DNA of 38,542 nucleotides from Betaproteobacteria bacterium (GTDB lineage Bacteria; Pseudomonadota; Gammaproteobacteria; Burkholderiales; JACQAP01): positions 1 to 38,542 of the forward strand of contig JANNTE010000127.1 of assembly GCA_031403365.1 (NCBI GenBank). Direction: 5' to 3'. Shown one piece after another: positions 1 through 10,028 of this stretch (positions within the stretch are counted from its first letter, which is position 1; each line of letters begins with the position of its first letter). Under the pieces are notes generated by a model. It made no database searches and was not told where the DNA came from. It saw only the letters and a list, made by a program, of their open reading frames with translations. The position numbers and the translations under genes were made by a program.

Positions 1-738
1 CAAAGGAGCCTCCGGGGCTGCAACCGAAAGGTGCATGAACAGCGGCATCGAGGGATCGTGCGCAGCGATGAAGGCGGCCGCTTCCTTTCCCAACAGGCTG
101 GTGACATAACCCTCCTCCTTCACCCGTTTCTCGTTACGCCACCAGTCGGGCCGCCCGCCCGCATCGACCTTCTTCTCCTGATCGATCTGGCCGCCCAGAT
201 GTCCGTAGAAGTGGTCGTACCCGCGTGCATTCGGGCGGTCTTCCTTGCGCGTCTGGCCCAGATGCCATTTGCCGATCAACGCGGTGCGATAGCCGCTGTT
301 CTGCAGCACCTTGGGAAGCATGAGTTCATCCCCGGGCAGCGAAATGTCGCTGAACCACTGGATCTGCAGAGTCTGCAATCCGTAGCGCATGGGATAACGT
401 CCGGTCAGCGCTGCCGCCCGCGTCTGCGTGGAAAACGGCTGCACGTAAAAGTGCTCGAGACGCGCGCCTTCCTTCGCGAGGCGGTCGATGGTGGGCGTGC
501 GGATCGCGCTGCCGTGGTAACCCACGTCCTGCCAGCCCAGGCTGTCGGCGGTCACGTAAAGAATATGCGGGCGGGACCCCGGAGTCCGGGGGACTTCGCC
601 GGCCGCAGGCTGCGCGGGCGAATCGTCGCGCGGAATGCGCGGATCGCGCGGCGTGCCGGCGTGCGCGAGCGTCGGCATCAGCACCAGCAGCACAAGAAGT
701 CGAATGATGCCGCGGCGCGGCTGGCAGGGAAGGATCAT
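1..738 (-). CDS. Exported arylsulfatase-family (ARSB-like fold) protein with non-canonical active site; runs off the left edge
   Basis: Hand translation of the minus strand from ATG 738: MILPCQPRRGIIRLLVLLVLMPTLAHA (signal-peptide-like, AHA) ... RPHILYVTADSLGWQDVGYHGSAIRTPTIDRLAKEGARLEHFYVQPFSTQTRAAALTGRYPMRYGLQ ... GYRTALIGKWHLG ... RGYDHFYG ... PLFMHLSVAAPEAPL. No stop before position 1. Absent from the ORF track. Confidence 0.9.
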   Translation of the reverse strand, partial: MILPCQPRRGIIRLLVLLVLMPTLAHAGTPRDPRIPRDDSPAQPAAGEVPRTPGSRPHILYVTADSLGWQDVGYHGSAIRTPTIDRLAKEGARLEHFYVQPFSTQTRAAALTGRYPMRYGLQTLQIQWFSDISLPGDELMLPKVLQNSGYRTALIGKWHLGQTRKEDRPNARGYDHFYGHLGGQIDQEKKVDAGGRPDWWRNEKRVKEEGYVTSLLGKEAAAFIAAHDPSMPLFMHLSVAAPEAPL

Positions 739-805
739 GACGGGCGGACGCTGCTCTCGGGATTGCGGGAAAGGGATGTTACCCGCCTTCGAGTCGATTG
801 CGTAC

Positions 806-834
806 TCCGCGTCGAGAGCCGCCCGCGACGCGGA
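806..834. promoter_or_regulatory. 9-bp perfect inverted repeat in the divergent sulfatase/MoxR-operon intergenic region, possible operator
   Basis: TCCGCGTCG (806-814), 11-nt spacer, CGACGCGGA (826-834). A TACAAT -10-like hexamer lies at 853-858, 10 nt before ATG 869. GC-rich, so it may be chance. Confidence 0.3.
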
Positions 835-868
835 CACCGAGGGATAATCGGTTACAATCGCGCGCTCT

Positions 869-2448
869 ATGCAGTCGCCCATTTCTCTTGTGTCGGAGCG
901 GCAGGTAATCGAACGCGCGCTCCAGGGGGTTGTGCGTCGCCTGCGAATAAATCGCATTCTGCGCTTTCTTGCGCTGCTTGCGGGGCTCATCCTGCTAGGG
1001 CTGTTCACGTGGCGTCTGTTGCAATGGCTGGCCGGCACCGCGCCCCCCGCGTCCGCACTGATCATCCTGATCGCCACGCTGACTGGCATCGCGCTGCTGC
1101 TTCTCGGGGTGCCGCTGCTGCGTTTCCCATTTGACGAGCGCGGTGCCGCCCGCGAGGCGGACCACCGAGCGCGACTGAACGATGAGCTGGTCAGCGCATG
1201 GTGGTTTATGCGCGACAGCCGGTCCGCGGGCGCGGACGACTGGATCACGGTACTGCTGCAACGCGCAGCCCAGACGGCAGGAGGGTTGCGGCCCGATCAC
1301 CTGGTGCCGCTACGCCTGCCGCGCGCGACGCTGGTGGTGCTCGCCGCGTCCGTATTGGTTCTGGCTGTCGTGTGGTCCGCTCGGCCGCTGGAATCCGAAC
1401 CGCCAACCGCCGCACCCGGCGCGGAGCCCGTCGGGGTATCGCAGTTGCGCACGATGCGCGCATTGGTCGGGGCGTTGCCGCAGACGGAGGCGCGACGGAA
1501 GCTGGAGTTCGCATTACAGAGGTTGGAAAGCGGTGGCGCTTCTCGCGAAGAACGACGGCACGCGCTGGCGCTGGCGCAGGATGCGATGGAGCAGATTCGC
1601 ATGGACGCCGCTACCACCCGTGAAGGCTTGCAGCGGCTGAGCCAGATACTGGCGGGACAACAGGGACTGGAAGAAGTCGCCGAGGCACTGGCCAGGGGCG
1701 ATGCGAAGCGTGCCGCCGAATTGCTGGCGAAAGTGCAGGCCGACAATCAGGCTGTCCCCAGTGGCAACACCCCGGATCCGTCGGAAGTGCTGGGCGACCA
1801 GTCGCTGGAGCAAGCGGTACGGGCATTGACCGACCAGATGGCCGAACCGCAGGGAGGTCGCCCGAGCAACGATTCGCTCGAGTCGATGACCGACCGCCTG
1901 AACGAAATTGCGAGGCAGCTCGCCGCGGCAAATTTCGTCAATGAGGCATGGAAGACGGTCAAGTCTCCACAAATGCAGGGCGCGCGCGGCGGCCCCCCGG
2001 GTGCCGGCCGTTCGGAACAGGAACAACTCGACGGCGGCGCTGTCAATCCGTCGCCCGACACCAGCAACAAACCGATGGATGGAGGCACCCTGTCCCGATC
2101 GGCCGCCGTCGCCCAGGGCCAGGGCACCGAAGAGCAGAAGGGTGGCACGCGCATGGGCAAGGCAATCGGCACCGCGCCGTCCGATCCGATTCTGGGCAAT
2201 GCGGGCGAGCGCCTCGACGCCCAACTCAAGCAGCAGGCACTGAGCGGACAGGAGGAGCAGCAGCAGCAGGACGAAGAACAGGACTGGTTCTACACCGAGA
2301 GCCAGAAGCGCGGTGCGCGCAGCGAGTGGCGGTCGGTCGAGGCACGCGAAAAGTACGCCGAGGCCCAGGCAGGTCCCGCCGGGGGCATCTCCATCAGACA
2401 CCGTCGTATCGTAAAGGACTACTTCATGAACAGGCCGGAGGCCGTCAA

Positions 2449-2452
<4 letters not shown>
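869..2452 (+). CDS. Membrane-anchored coiled-coil protein associated with a MoxR/vWA operon
   Basis: Three hydrophobic segments in the N-terminal third, long A/E/Q/L-rich helical region, G/P/Q-rich low-complexity tail, C-terminal ISIRHRRIVKDYF motif. Stop overlaps the MoxR start (ATGA, 2449-2452). Confidence 0.75.
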
Positions 2453-3459
<1,007 letters not shown>

Positions 3460-3606
3460 CGAATATGAGACGCGATGTCCGGTCGCGGGATGCGAGACCG
3501 TTTTTCATCTCGCAGCACCGCATCGGTCGAGTACGCGGTGCCGCTTCTGTGGGTTTCATTGACATGTCTCGTCTTCCGCAAACGTCCCTGTACCTCGCCC
3601 CCGGCC

Positions 3607-4476
3607 ATGTTTTCTGACTCGTTCCTTCGTCAGCTCCAGTTGCTGACGCTCGTGACGCGTGATCGTGCACACGGGCAGCTGCGCGGCGCACACCGCTCGC
3701 GGCGGGTGGGCACCGGCATGGTATTCGCCGACTATCGTCCCTACAGCGAGGGCGACAACATCCGGCATTTGGACTGGGGTACTTATCTTCGACTCGACCG
3801 GCTGATCCTGCGTGTGTTCGAGGAGGAAGCCGACCTGCCCACCTACATTTTTGTCGATGTCAGCAAGTCGATGGACCATGGTCGCAGCGGCAAACTCGAT
3901 TACGCACGACAAATTGCCGGTGCACTGGCCTATGTTGCGTTACTCAATCACGACCGCGTCAACCTCGCCGCGTTTGCCGACGGACTGCGCGAGATGCTGC
4001 CAACGCGCCGCGGCCGCCACCAGACCGGCAATGTGTTCAGTTTTCTTGCCGGGCTCACGGGTGGCGGGCGCACCCGCATGGACACTGCGCTGCGCCGGTA
4101 CTTCTCGGTGCCACGCACGCACGGATTGGTGGTGCTGATCTCCGATTTTCTCGACCCGACCGGATTCGAGGAGGCAATCGCGGTACTGCGCCGCTCCCGG
4201 CACGACGTGGTGGTGCTGCAGGTGATCAGCCCCGCCGAGCTTGACCCGGAACTGCCGGAGGAAGTGGTATTGGTCGACGCGGAGGAGGGCACGGCCACCG
4301 AATTGGAGGTCACGCCCGCGCTGCTCACGGCCTATCGTGACACGTTCGAGCAGCATGCGCGTGCGATCGAGGCTTGTTGCCGCCGCTTCGGCTGGGGATA
4401 CGCGCGTGCGCTCACCGATGTGCCATTCGAAGACCTGGTGCTGCGCTTGCTCCGCGAGCAGGGACTGCTGCGATGA
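3607..4476 (+). CDS. DUF58-family protein (vWA-like MoxR partner)
   Basis: GAHRSRRVGTGMVFADYRPYSEGDNIRHLDW, MIDAS-like DVSKSM, VVLISDF. Start placed at ATG 3607 (MFSDSFLRQL). Confidence 0.92.
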   Translation: MFSDSFLRQLQLLTLVTRDRAHGQLRGAHRSRRVGTGMVFADYRPYSEGDNIRHLDWGTYLRLDRLILRVFEEEADLPTYIFVDVSKSMDHGRSGKLDYARQIAGALAYVALLNHDRVNLAAFADGLREMLPTRRGRHQTGNVFSFLAGLTGGGRTRMDTALRRYFSVPRTHGLVVLISDFLDPTGFEEAIAVLRRSRHDVVVLQVISPAELDPELPEEVVLVDAEEGTATELEVTPALLTAYRDTFEQHARAIEACCRRFGWGYARALTDVPFEDLVLRLLREQGLLR

Positions 4477-4523
4477 TGCGACAGCCCGCAAGTTTCGTTT
4501 TCCCAGGCATCAGGTAGCAGCGG

Positions 4524-6437
4524 ATGAAGTTTCTCGCATTGGCCGCGGGTCCGGCGTGGCTGCTCATCGCCGGCAGTGCAATCGCGGTTGTGCTGCTTTA
4601 TCTGCTCAAACCGTCGCCGCGCCGCCTGGTCATCGCGTCCAGTCTGATCTGGCAGCGAGTGCTTCGCGAGCGCAAACGCAAGTCGGAAAGACTGCGCTGG
4701 TGGATCTCGCTGCTGCTTGCGCTCTGCATCGTGCTGGCGGTGGCCTTTGCGCTCACCCGTCCGGAGATCGCCGCTGTGAGCGGGACCGCCGAAGATCGGG
4801 TGGTGGTGATCGACAACTCGTCGAGCATGGCAACGCGCAACAGCGACGGGAGCACTCGCCTTCAGAAGGCTATCGATCGCGCCGGCGAAATCGTGCGCGC
4901 CGGCGGCGCCGGCAGCCGCTTCCTCATCACCGACACCATGCGGCAACTGCCCGCAGCGGGCTTCGAGCCTCGTGCGACCGCACTCGCCCGGCTGCGGTCC
5001 ATCGAGTCCCGCGCCGGCACTCCACGGATTCCGGAAGCGGGCCGTGCGTTGGCACAGGACGGCACAGCATCTGAACCGGGGAACGCGGCCGACTCGCCGG
5101 CGAAACCGCTGCGCGTTTGGCTCGTAACCGACGGCGTGGCACCGTTGCAACCGCCGGCCGGAACACAAGTGATATCGGTTTTCCAGCCCGCTCCCAACGT
5201 GGGCATCACGGCGTTCGACGTGCGGGCGCTGCCCGGTGATCCACGGCGCCACGAGGCGTTCATCGAGGTGACCAACGCGGCGCCCGCGCCTTCGCAAGTA
5301 GAAGTGTTGCTCTCGGGCACGGGTAAAACGCCAGTCAGCCGCGTGTTGCGCGTGGCAGGCAACGCCACTTCCAGCCTCGTGCTCGACATTTCCGGATTCA
5401 GCGAAGGACCGCTGCGTGCTTCCGTGCGCGCCGACGCCGATGCGTTCGACCTCGACGATACCGCCTACGCCTACCTGCCCGCCAGGAGCCGCGTGCGGCT
5501 GGCGCTGATCACGCCAGGCAACACCGATCTTGCGCGCGCGCTGCGCCTTCTGCCCCATGTTGATGTCGAAGTGGTGAGTCCCGCCCGCGTACGCGAACCG
5601 GGGCGCTTCGACGCCGCCATCTTCGATCGCGAAACGCCTTCCCAGGCACCGCGAGTTCCCGCACTGCTGATCGCCCCCGCTCTTTTGCCGTGGCTCGCGG
5701 CCCGCACGGACGAAGTCAGCGACACACGGGTCGAACATTGGGATGCGACCCATCCGCTGCTTTCCGGAGTTCCTCTGCGCGACGTGCTGATCGATCGTGC
5801 AACACCTTTGCGCACTGCCGGTGAGTCGATCCAGCGGGCGGATCGCACGATAACCGGACGGGCTGATATCACAACAAGCCTCGAGGTCGGGGGCATGGCG
5901 CGCGCGATGGCACTAACCGCCGTGGCACGCGGACCGGACAACGAGGCGCTGATCCTCGCCACGCAAAAGGGTCGGCGCTTCGTCGTACTGAGCTTCGCGC
6001 TGGACGCATCGAACTTCGCGCTGCAGCCCGGCTTCCCTGGTTTCCTGGCCAACACCGTGGACTGGCTCACGCGCGAGCCTCGCGCAGAAACACAACCGCT
6101 CGGGCTGGTGCGCCTGCCGTTGTCGGATGCCCGCGTACTCGATTTCGACGGCCAAGTGGTGCCCACGACCGCGGTGTCCGAGGCCACGCTGTTCGACGCG
6201 GCCAGGCCCGGCTTCTACACCGCGGTGGCCCGGGATCAGCGTTCGCGTGTCGCGGTGAACCTCCTCGATTCGCGCGTGACGGCGATCAATGTCTCGCGCC
6301 TCAAACCGACCGATCCGCCTGCTGCAGCCAGCGAATGGACGCCGGGGATGCCCGACCCGTGGACGCTGCTGTTGCTGGCGGCAGTCGCGCTGCTGGCGGT
6401 CGAGTGGTGGACCTACCACCGCCGGCTGACCGTATGA
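4524..6437 (+). CDS. BatA-type N-terminal membrane segment plus vWA domain protein with C-terminal TM anchor
   Basis: LLYLLKPSPRRLVIASSLIW (BatA-like), VVVIDNSSSM and LVTDG (MIDAS), C-terminal PWTLLLLAAVALLAVEWWTYHRR. Confidence 0.85.
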   Translation: MKFLALAAGPAWLLIAGSAIAVVLLYLLKPSPRRLVIASSLIWQRVLRERKRKSERLRWWISLLLALCIVLAVAFALTRPEIAAVSGTAEDRVVVIDNSSSMATRNSDGSTRLQKAIDRAGEIVRAGGAGSRFLITDTMRQLPAAGFEPRATALARLRSIESRAGTPRIPEAGRALAQDGTASEPGNAADSPAKPLRVWLVTDGVAPLQPPAGTQVISVFQPAPNVGITAFDVRALPGDPRRHEAFIEVTNAAPAPSQVEVLLSGTGKTPVSRVLRVAGNATSSLVLDISGFSEGPLRASVRADADAFDLDDTAYAYLPARSRVRLALITPGNTDLARALRLLPHVDVEVVSPARVREPGRFDAAIFDRETPSQAPRVPALLIAPALLPWLAARTDEVSDTRVEHWDATHPLLSGVPLRDVLIDRATPLRTAGESIQRADRTITGRADITTSLEVGGMARAMALTAVARGPDNEALILATQKGRRFVVLSFALDASNFALQPGFPGFLANTVDWLTREPRAETQPLGLVRLPLSDARVLDFDGQVVPTTAVSEATLFDAARPGFYTAVARDQRSRVAVNLLDSRVTAINVSRLKPTDPPAAASEWTPGMPDPWTLLLLAAVALLAVEWWTYHRRLTV

Positions 6438-6444
6438 GCGGGCC

Positions 6445-9048
6445 ATGACGCAGATCACCTTTGCCGCGACCTGGCCGCTGGGGCTGCTGGTGCTTCTGCC
6501 CCTGATGATATGGACGGCATGGCACTCGCGCATCCACCTGTCACCCGCGCATGTTGCGACCATTTCCGTGCTGCGCGCACTGACGATCATTGCGCTGATC
6601 GCGGCACTCATGCAGCCGGTGTGGACTGCGTCGATGCGACAGGTAGCGGTCGTCTACGCGCTGGATGTCTCCCGCAGCGTGGCGAGTGGCTTCGTGCAGT
6701 CGGCGATGCAGTTCATCGAGAAGGCGAACCGCGAAGCCGCGCCCGCGCAGGCGCGCTACGTGGTGTTCGCCGATGGCGCGCGCACCGCAGCCTCGTCACA
6801 GTCGCTCGCGCAGATCGGCCTGACCGCTTCGAACAGTGCCGATCCGCGCCTTCTGAATCAGGGCGCGACCGACCTCGAGACGGCGCTCGACGAAGCACTC
6901 CAGGCACTCGACCCCGACCACGTCAAGCGCGTTGTCCTGTTGACCGACGGCAATCAGACACGCGGTGACGTCTGGCGTACGGTGCCGCGGTTGACCGCCC
7001 AACGCGTGCGCGTTTTCCCCTTCCCTGCCCGCCCGCAGGTCGCCGCCGACGCCTGGATCGAAAGCATGCAGGTGCCTCCCGGGGTGCGGCGCGACGAGCC
7101 AACCCGCATCACCTTGCGGGTGGTGGGCCAGCAGCGTTCACGTGCCCGCGTGAGCGTGGCGGCGGCGGGCCAGACCCTCGCCACGCGTGATGTGTGGCTT
7201 GAGGCGGGGCTGAATTCGATCGTCATGCCGGTGCGGCTGCGCACCGCCGGTGCACTCAATCTAAGTGCGCGCGTGCGCGCAGAGGGCGACGCGCTGCCTG
7301 ACAACGACATGCTGAAACAGTCGGTGTGGGTGGCTCCGCGTCCACGCGTGCTGTACGTCGAGAGCCAACCCGATGCCGCGCGCTACCTGAGCGCGGCGCT
7401 GGACAACGAGGGCATTGAGGTGATTCCCGCAAGCGCGCGGCAATTGCCCGACTCGCCCGCCGGCCTGGAGCCTTACGACAGTGTGATCCTGAGCGATCTT
7501 CCGGCCGGAGAGGTCACGACGGAGCAGATGCAGGCACTGCAGACCCACGTGCGCGAGCACGGCGGCGGCCTGCTGTTCGCCTCCGGCGAGAACACCTACG
7601 GCGAAGGCGGTTACTCGAAGAGCGTGCTCGAGCAGGTGCTGCCGGCGGAGTTCAAGGCGCAGGAGAAGCGAAAGGACCTGGGCCTGGTGATCTGCATTGA
7701 CCGCTCCTACAGCATGAAGGGGAAGCCCATCAACCTGGCCAAGGCAGGTGCGCGCGCCGCTCTTTCTATGCTCGACGAGCAGCACTACTTCGGCATGGTG
7801 GCCTTCGACCTGAAGCCGACGGAAGCAGTGCCGCTGCAGTACGTGCGCGGAAAGCGGCGCATCGAAGAGTTGATCGATCGCGTCGAAGCGAGCGGCCAGA
7901 CCAGCATTTATCCCGCGCTTGAAACTGCCTGGAATATGTTGCGGGTCCAGAAAATCGCCCGCAAACACGTGATTCTTCTGTCCGATGGTGATTCGGCGCC
8001 CGGTAACTTCGAGCCCCTGCTCGAACGAATGCGGGAGGCAAAGATCACGGTCTCGACGGTGACGATCGGACGCAGTGGCGACCCCAAACTAATGGCGCGC
8101 CTCGCCGAGCTGGGCGGCGGCAAGGCGTACGTCGCGGAGAAGATCGAGCAGGTGCCGCAGCTGTTCGTCGAGGAGGCAAGCAATGTTGCGCAAACGTCCA
8201 TCATGGAGCAGCCGTTCAAGCCATCAGTGAAGCGGCGCGTGGATGCGGTGGACGGCCTGGATTTCGCACGGGCACCACCACTGCTTGGATTCGTGAGCAC
8301 CAAAATCAAGGATGGCGCCGAGGTATTGCTCGCAACCGACACCGGTGCACCGCTGCTTACGCGCTGGCATTACGGGCTGGGGCGCAGCGTGCTGTTTGCC
8401 TCGGATCTGAAAAATCGCTGGTCCGCCGACTGGCTCCAGTGGGATGGCTACGGCAAGTTCTGGTCACAAGTTGTGCGCGACACGCTGCGCCGGGAGACAG
8501 GCGAGCAGGTGATATTCAGCGTCGAGCGCGAGGGCGACGAGGCAATCGCGCGGCTGCGCGTCACGGACGACAGCGGGGCATGGCGCAACAGGCTGATGCC
8601 GCGGCTGCGGATGACCCTTCCGGGGGGCATGCGCCGGGAGCTGCCACTGCGCCAAAGCGGTCCCGGGCAGTACGAAGTGGCTCTTCCGGTCGCCGTCGCC
8701 GGCCAACGGCCCTATTCGTTCGAGCTGGTGAGCGGCCCTGGACTGCCATCGAGCATCGCGCGGCGTGCCGGCACACGAGCGCTGTTCTACCCGTATTCTG
8801 ACGAGCTGCGCAGTCGGCCACCCGATCTTGAATTGCTGCAATCGATTGCGCAACACACCGGCGGCAAAGTCGGCGCGAGCGTGAAGGAGATCTTCGACCC
8901 GCAGGACGATCGTGGCGTGAGTCGCCGGCCGTTGTGGCCGTGGTTCGCAGCGGCAGCGTTGCTGCTCTATCTTCTCGATATTCTCATGCGACGCGCGCCG
9001 TTTGTGCGCCGCCTGTTCGAACGGGAGTGGAGTGGCCGGCACGCCTGA
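6445..9048 (+). CDS. Membrane protein with two vWA domains and a glutamine-amidotransferase-like domain
   Basis: vWA1 DVSRSV...LLTDGN; beta-rich linker; GATase-like YDSVILSD...GGGLLFASG; vWA2 DRSYSM...LLSDGD; PLLTRWHYGLGRSVLFASD...W; C-terminal TM followed by RR. Confidence 0.85.
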   Translation: MTQITFAATWPLGLLVLLPLMIWTAWHSRIHLSPAHVATISVLRALTIIALIAALMQPVWTASMRQVAVVYALDVSRSVASGFVQSAMQFIEKANREAAPAQARYVVFADGARTAASSQSLAQIGLTASNSADPRLLNQGATDLETALDEALQALDPDHVKRVVLLTDGNQTRGDVWRTVPRLTAQRVRVFPFPARPQVAADAWIESMQVPPGVRRDEPTRITLRVVGQQRSRARVSVAAAGQTLATRDVWLEAGLNSIVMPVRLRTAGALNLSARVRAEGDALPDNDMLKQSVWVAPRPRVLYVESQPDAARYLSAALDNEGIEVIPASARQLPDSPAGLEPYDSVILSDLPAGEVTTEQMQALQTHVREHGGGLLFASGENTYGEGGYSKSVLEQVLPAEFKAQEKRKDLGLVICIDRSYSMKGKPINLAKAGARAALSMLDEQHYFGMVAFDLKPTEAVPLQYVRGKRRIEELIDRVEASGQTSIYPALETAWNMLRVQKIARKHVILLSDGDSAPGNFEPLLERMREAKITVSTVTIGRSGDPKLMARLAELGGGKAYVAEKIEQVPQLFVEEASNVAQTSIMEQPFKPSVKRRVDAVDGLDFARAPPLLGFVSTKIKDGAEVLLATDTGAPLLTRWHYGLGRSVLFASDLKNRWSADWLQWDGYGKFWSQVVRDTLRRETGEQVIFSVEREGDEAIARLRVTDDSGAWRNRLMPRLRMTLPGGMRRELPLRQSGPGQYEVALPVAVAGQRPYSFELVSGPGLPSSIARRAGTRALFYPYSDELRSRPPDLELLQSIAQHTGGKVGASVKEIFDPQDDRGVSRRPLWPWFAAAALLLYLLDILMRRAPFVRRLFEREWSGRHA

Positions 9049-9215
9049 CTGGACCGGGCTGCCCCATACATCGCCACGCTATGGCGGCGGATTCCCAAGC
9101 GCCCGTCAGTGTGCGTGATGGCCGCGCCCGGAAAGAAGGTCGGCTGGATTGCCCCGCCTGTTTGCGGCATCAACGATCTGCCACTCGATTACGAATACGT
9201 GATGCCAAACCAGGG

Positions 9216-9236
9216 GAATTCGGTTTCTCCGAATTC
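9216..9236. terminator. Stem-loop at the pirin stop codon in a convergent intergenic region, possible terminator
   Basis: GAATTCGG-TTTCT-CCGAATTC, an 8-bp perfect stem. No convincing U-tract on either strand. Confidence 0.3.
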
Positions 9237-9933
9237 AAGGCAAATCGAACAGCAGCACTTCCGCCCCGACACCGCGCTCCATCCGGACCCCGGATTCGCC
9301 GGTAATTTTCAGCGCATCGCCCGCGCCGAGCGACTGGCCATTCACCGTCGCAGCGCCGCGTACAACATGCACATAACTTTTGCGTCCCGGCGCAAGTCGA
9401 TGCGCCACTTTCTCATCGTTGTCCAAGAGTGCGGCGTAGAGCCGCGCATCCTGATGAATAGTGACGGAACCGTCGCTACCATCGACTGAGGCGAGCAGAC
9501 ACAGCTTGCCGCGCTTGTCTTCCGGCGCGAAGAATTTCTGCTCATAGCCGGGCGCAATTCCCAACTCGGCCGGTTCAATCCAGATTTGCAGGAAATGCAC
9601 GCCGCTGGCTTGCGAAGGGTTGTGTTCGCTGTGGGTTACACCGGTACCGGCGCTCATGCGCTGCACGTCGCCGGGCCGGATGACGGAGCCATTGCCCATG
9701 CTGTCCTGATGCGCGAGTTCGCCTGCGAGCACGTAGCTGATGATTTCCATGTCGCGATGCGGATGTTTGCCAAAGCCCTGGCCCGGCGCGACACGATCTT
9801 CGTTGATGACGCGCAGTGCGCCAAAGCCCATGTGCTTCTGATCCTGGTAACCGGCGAAGGAAAATGTATGGAAACTTTTCAGCCAGCCATGGTCAGCGAA
9901 TCCGCGCTCGCTGCTTTTTCTCAAGGCAATCAT
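9235..9933 (-). CDS. Pirin-family (YhhW-like) bicupin protein
   Basis: RGFADHGWLKSFHTFSFA, LRVINEDRV, HPHRDMEI, GVTHSE. ATG 9933 is preceded by GGAG on the minus strand. Confidence 0.95.
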   Translation of the reverse strand: MIALRKSSERGFADHGWLKSFHTFSFAGYQDQKHMGFGALRVINEDRVAPGQGFGKHPHRDMEIISYVLAGELAHQDSMGNGSVIRPGDVQRMSAGTGVTHSEHNPSQASGVHFLQIWIEPAELGIAPGYEQKFFAPEDKRGKLCLLASVDGSDGSVTIHQDARLYAALLDNDEKVAHRLAPGRKSYVHVVRGAATVNGQSLGAGDALKITGESGVRMERGVGAEVLLFDLP

Positions 9934-10028
9934 TTTTTCTCCGGTTTGACCGAATCCGGCACCTTTCTGGCGCCGGACATGATGAATGTGGGGCGGGGAT
10001 GCGTGATTTCCAAGAGCGCCCTCGATGC

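Noticed and set aside
31-1134. 367-aa plus-strand ORF
   Set aside because: Antisense shadow of the minus-strand sulfatase-fold gene; overlaps the real gene at 869 and has no recognisable motifs.
2250-2283. CAG run encoding QEEQQQQDEEQ
   Set aside because: A short in-frame triplet run in a low-complexity linker; too short to imply phase variation.
1948-2448. N-terminal extension of MoxR in the ORF track
   Set aside because: Overlaps the upstream gene in another frame; the ATGA junction at 2449 is a better start.
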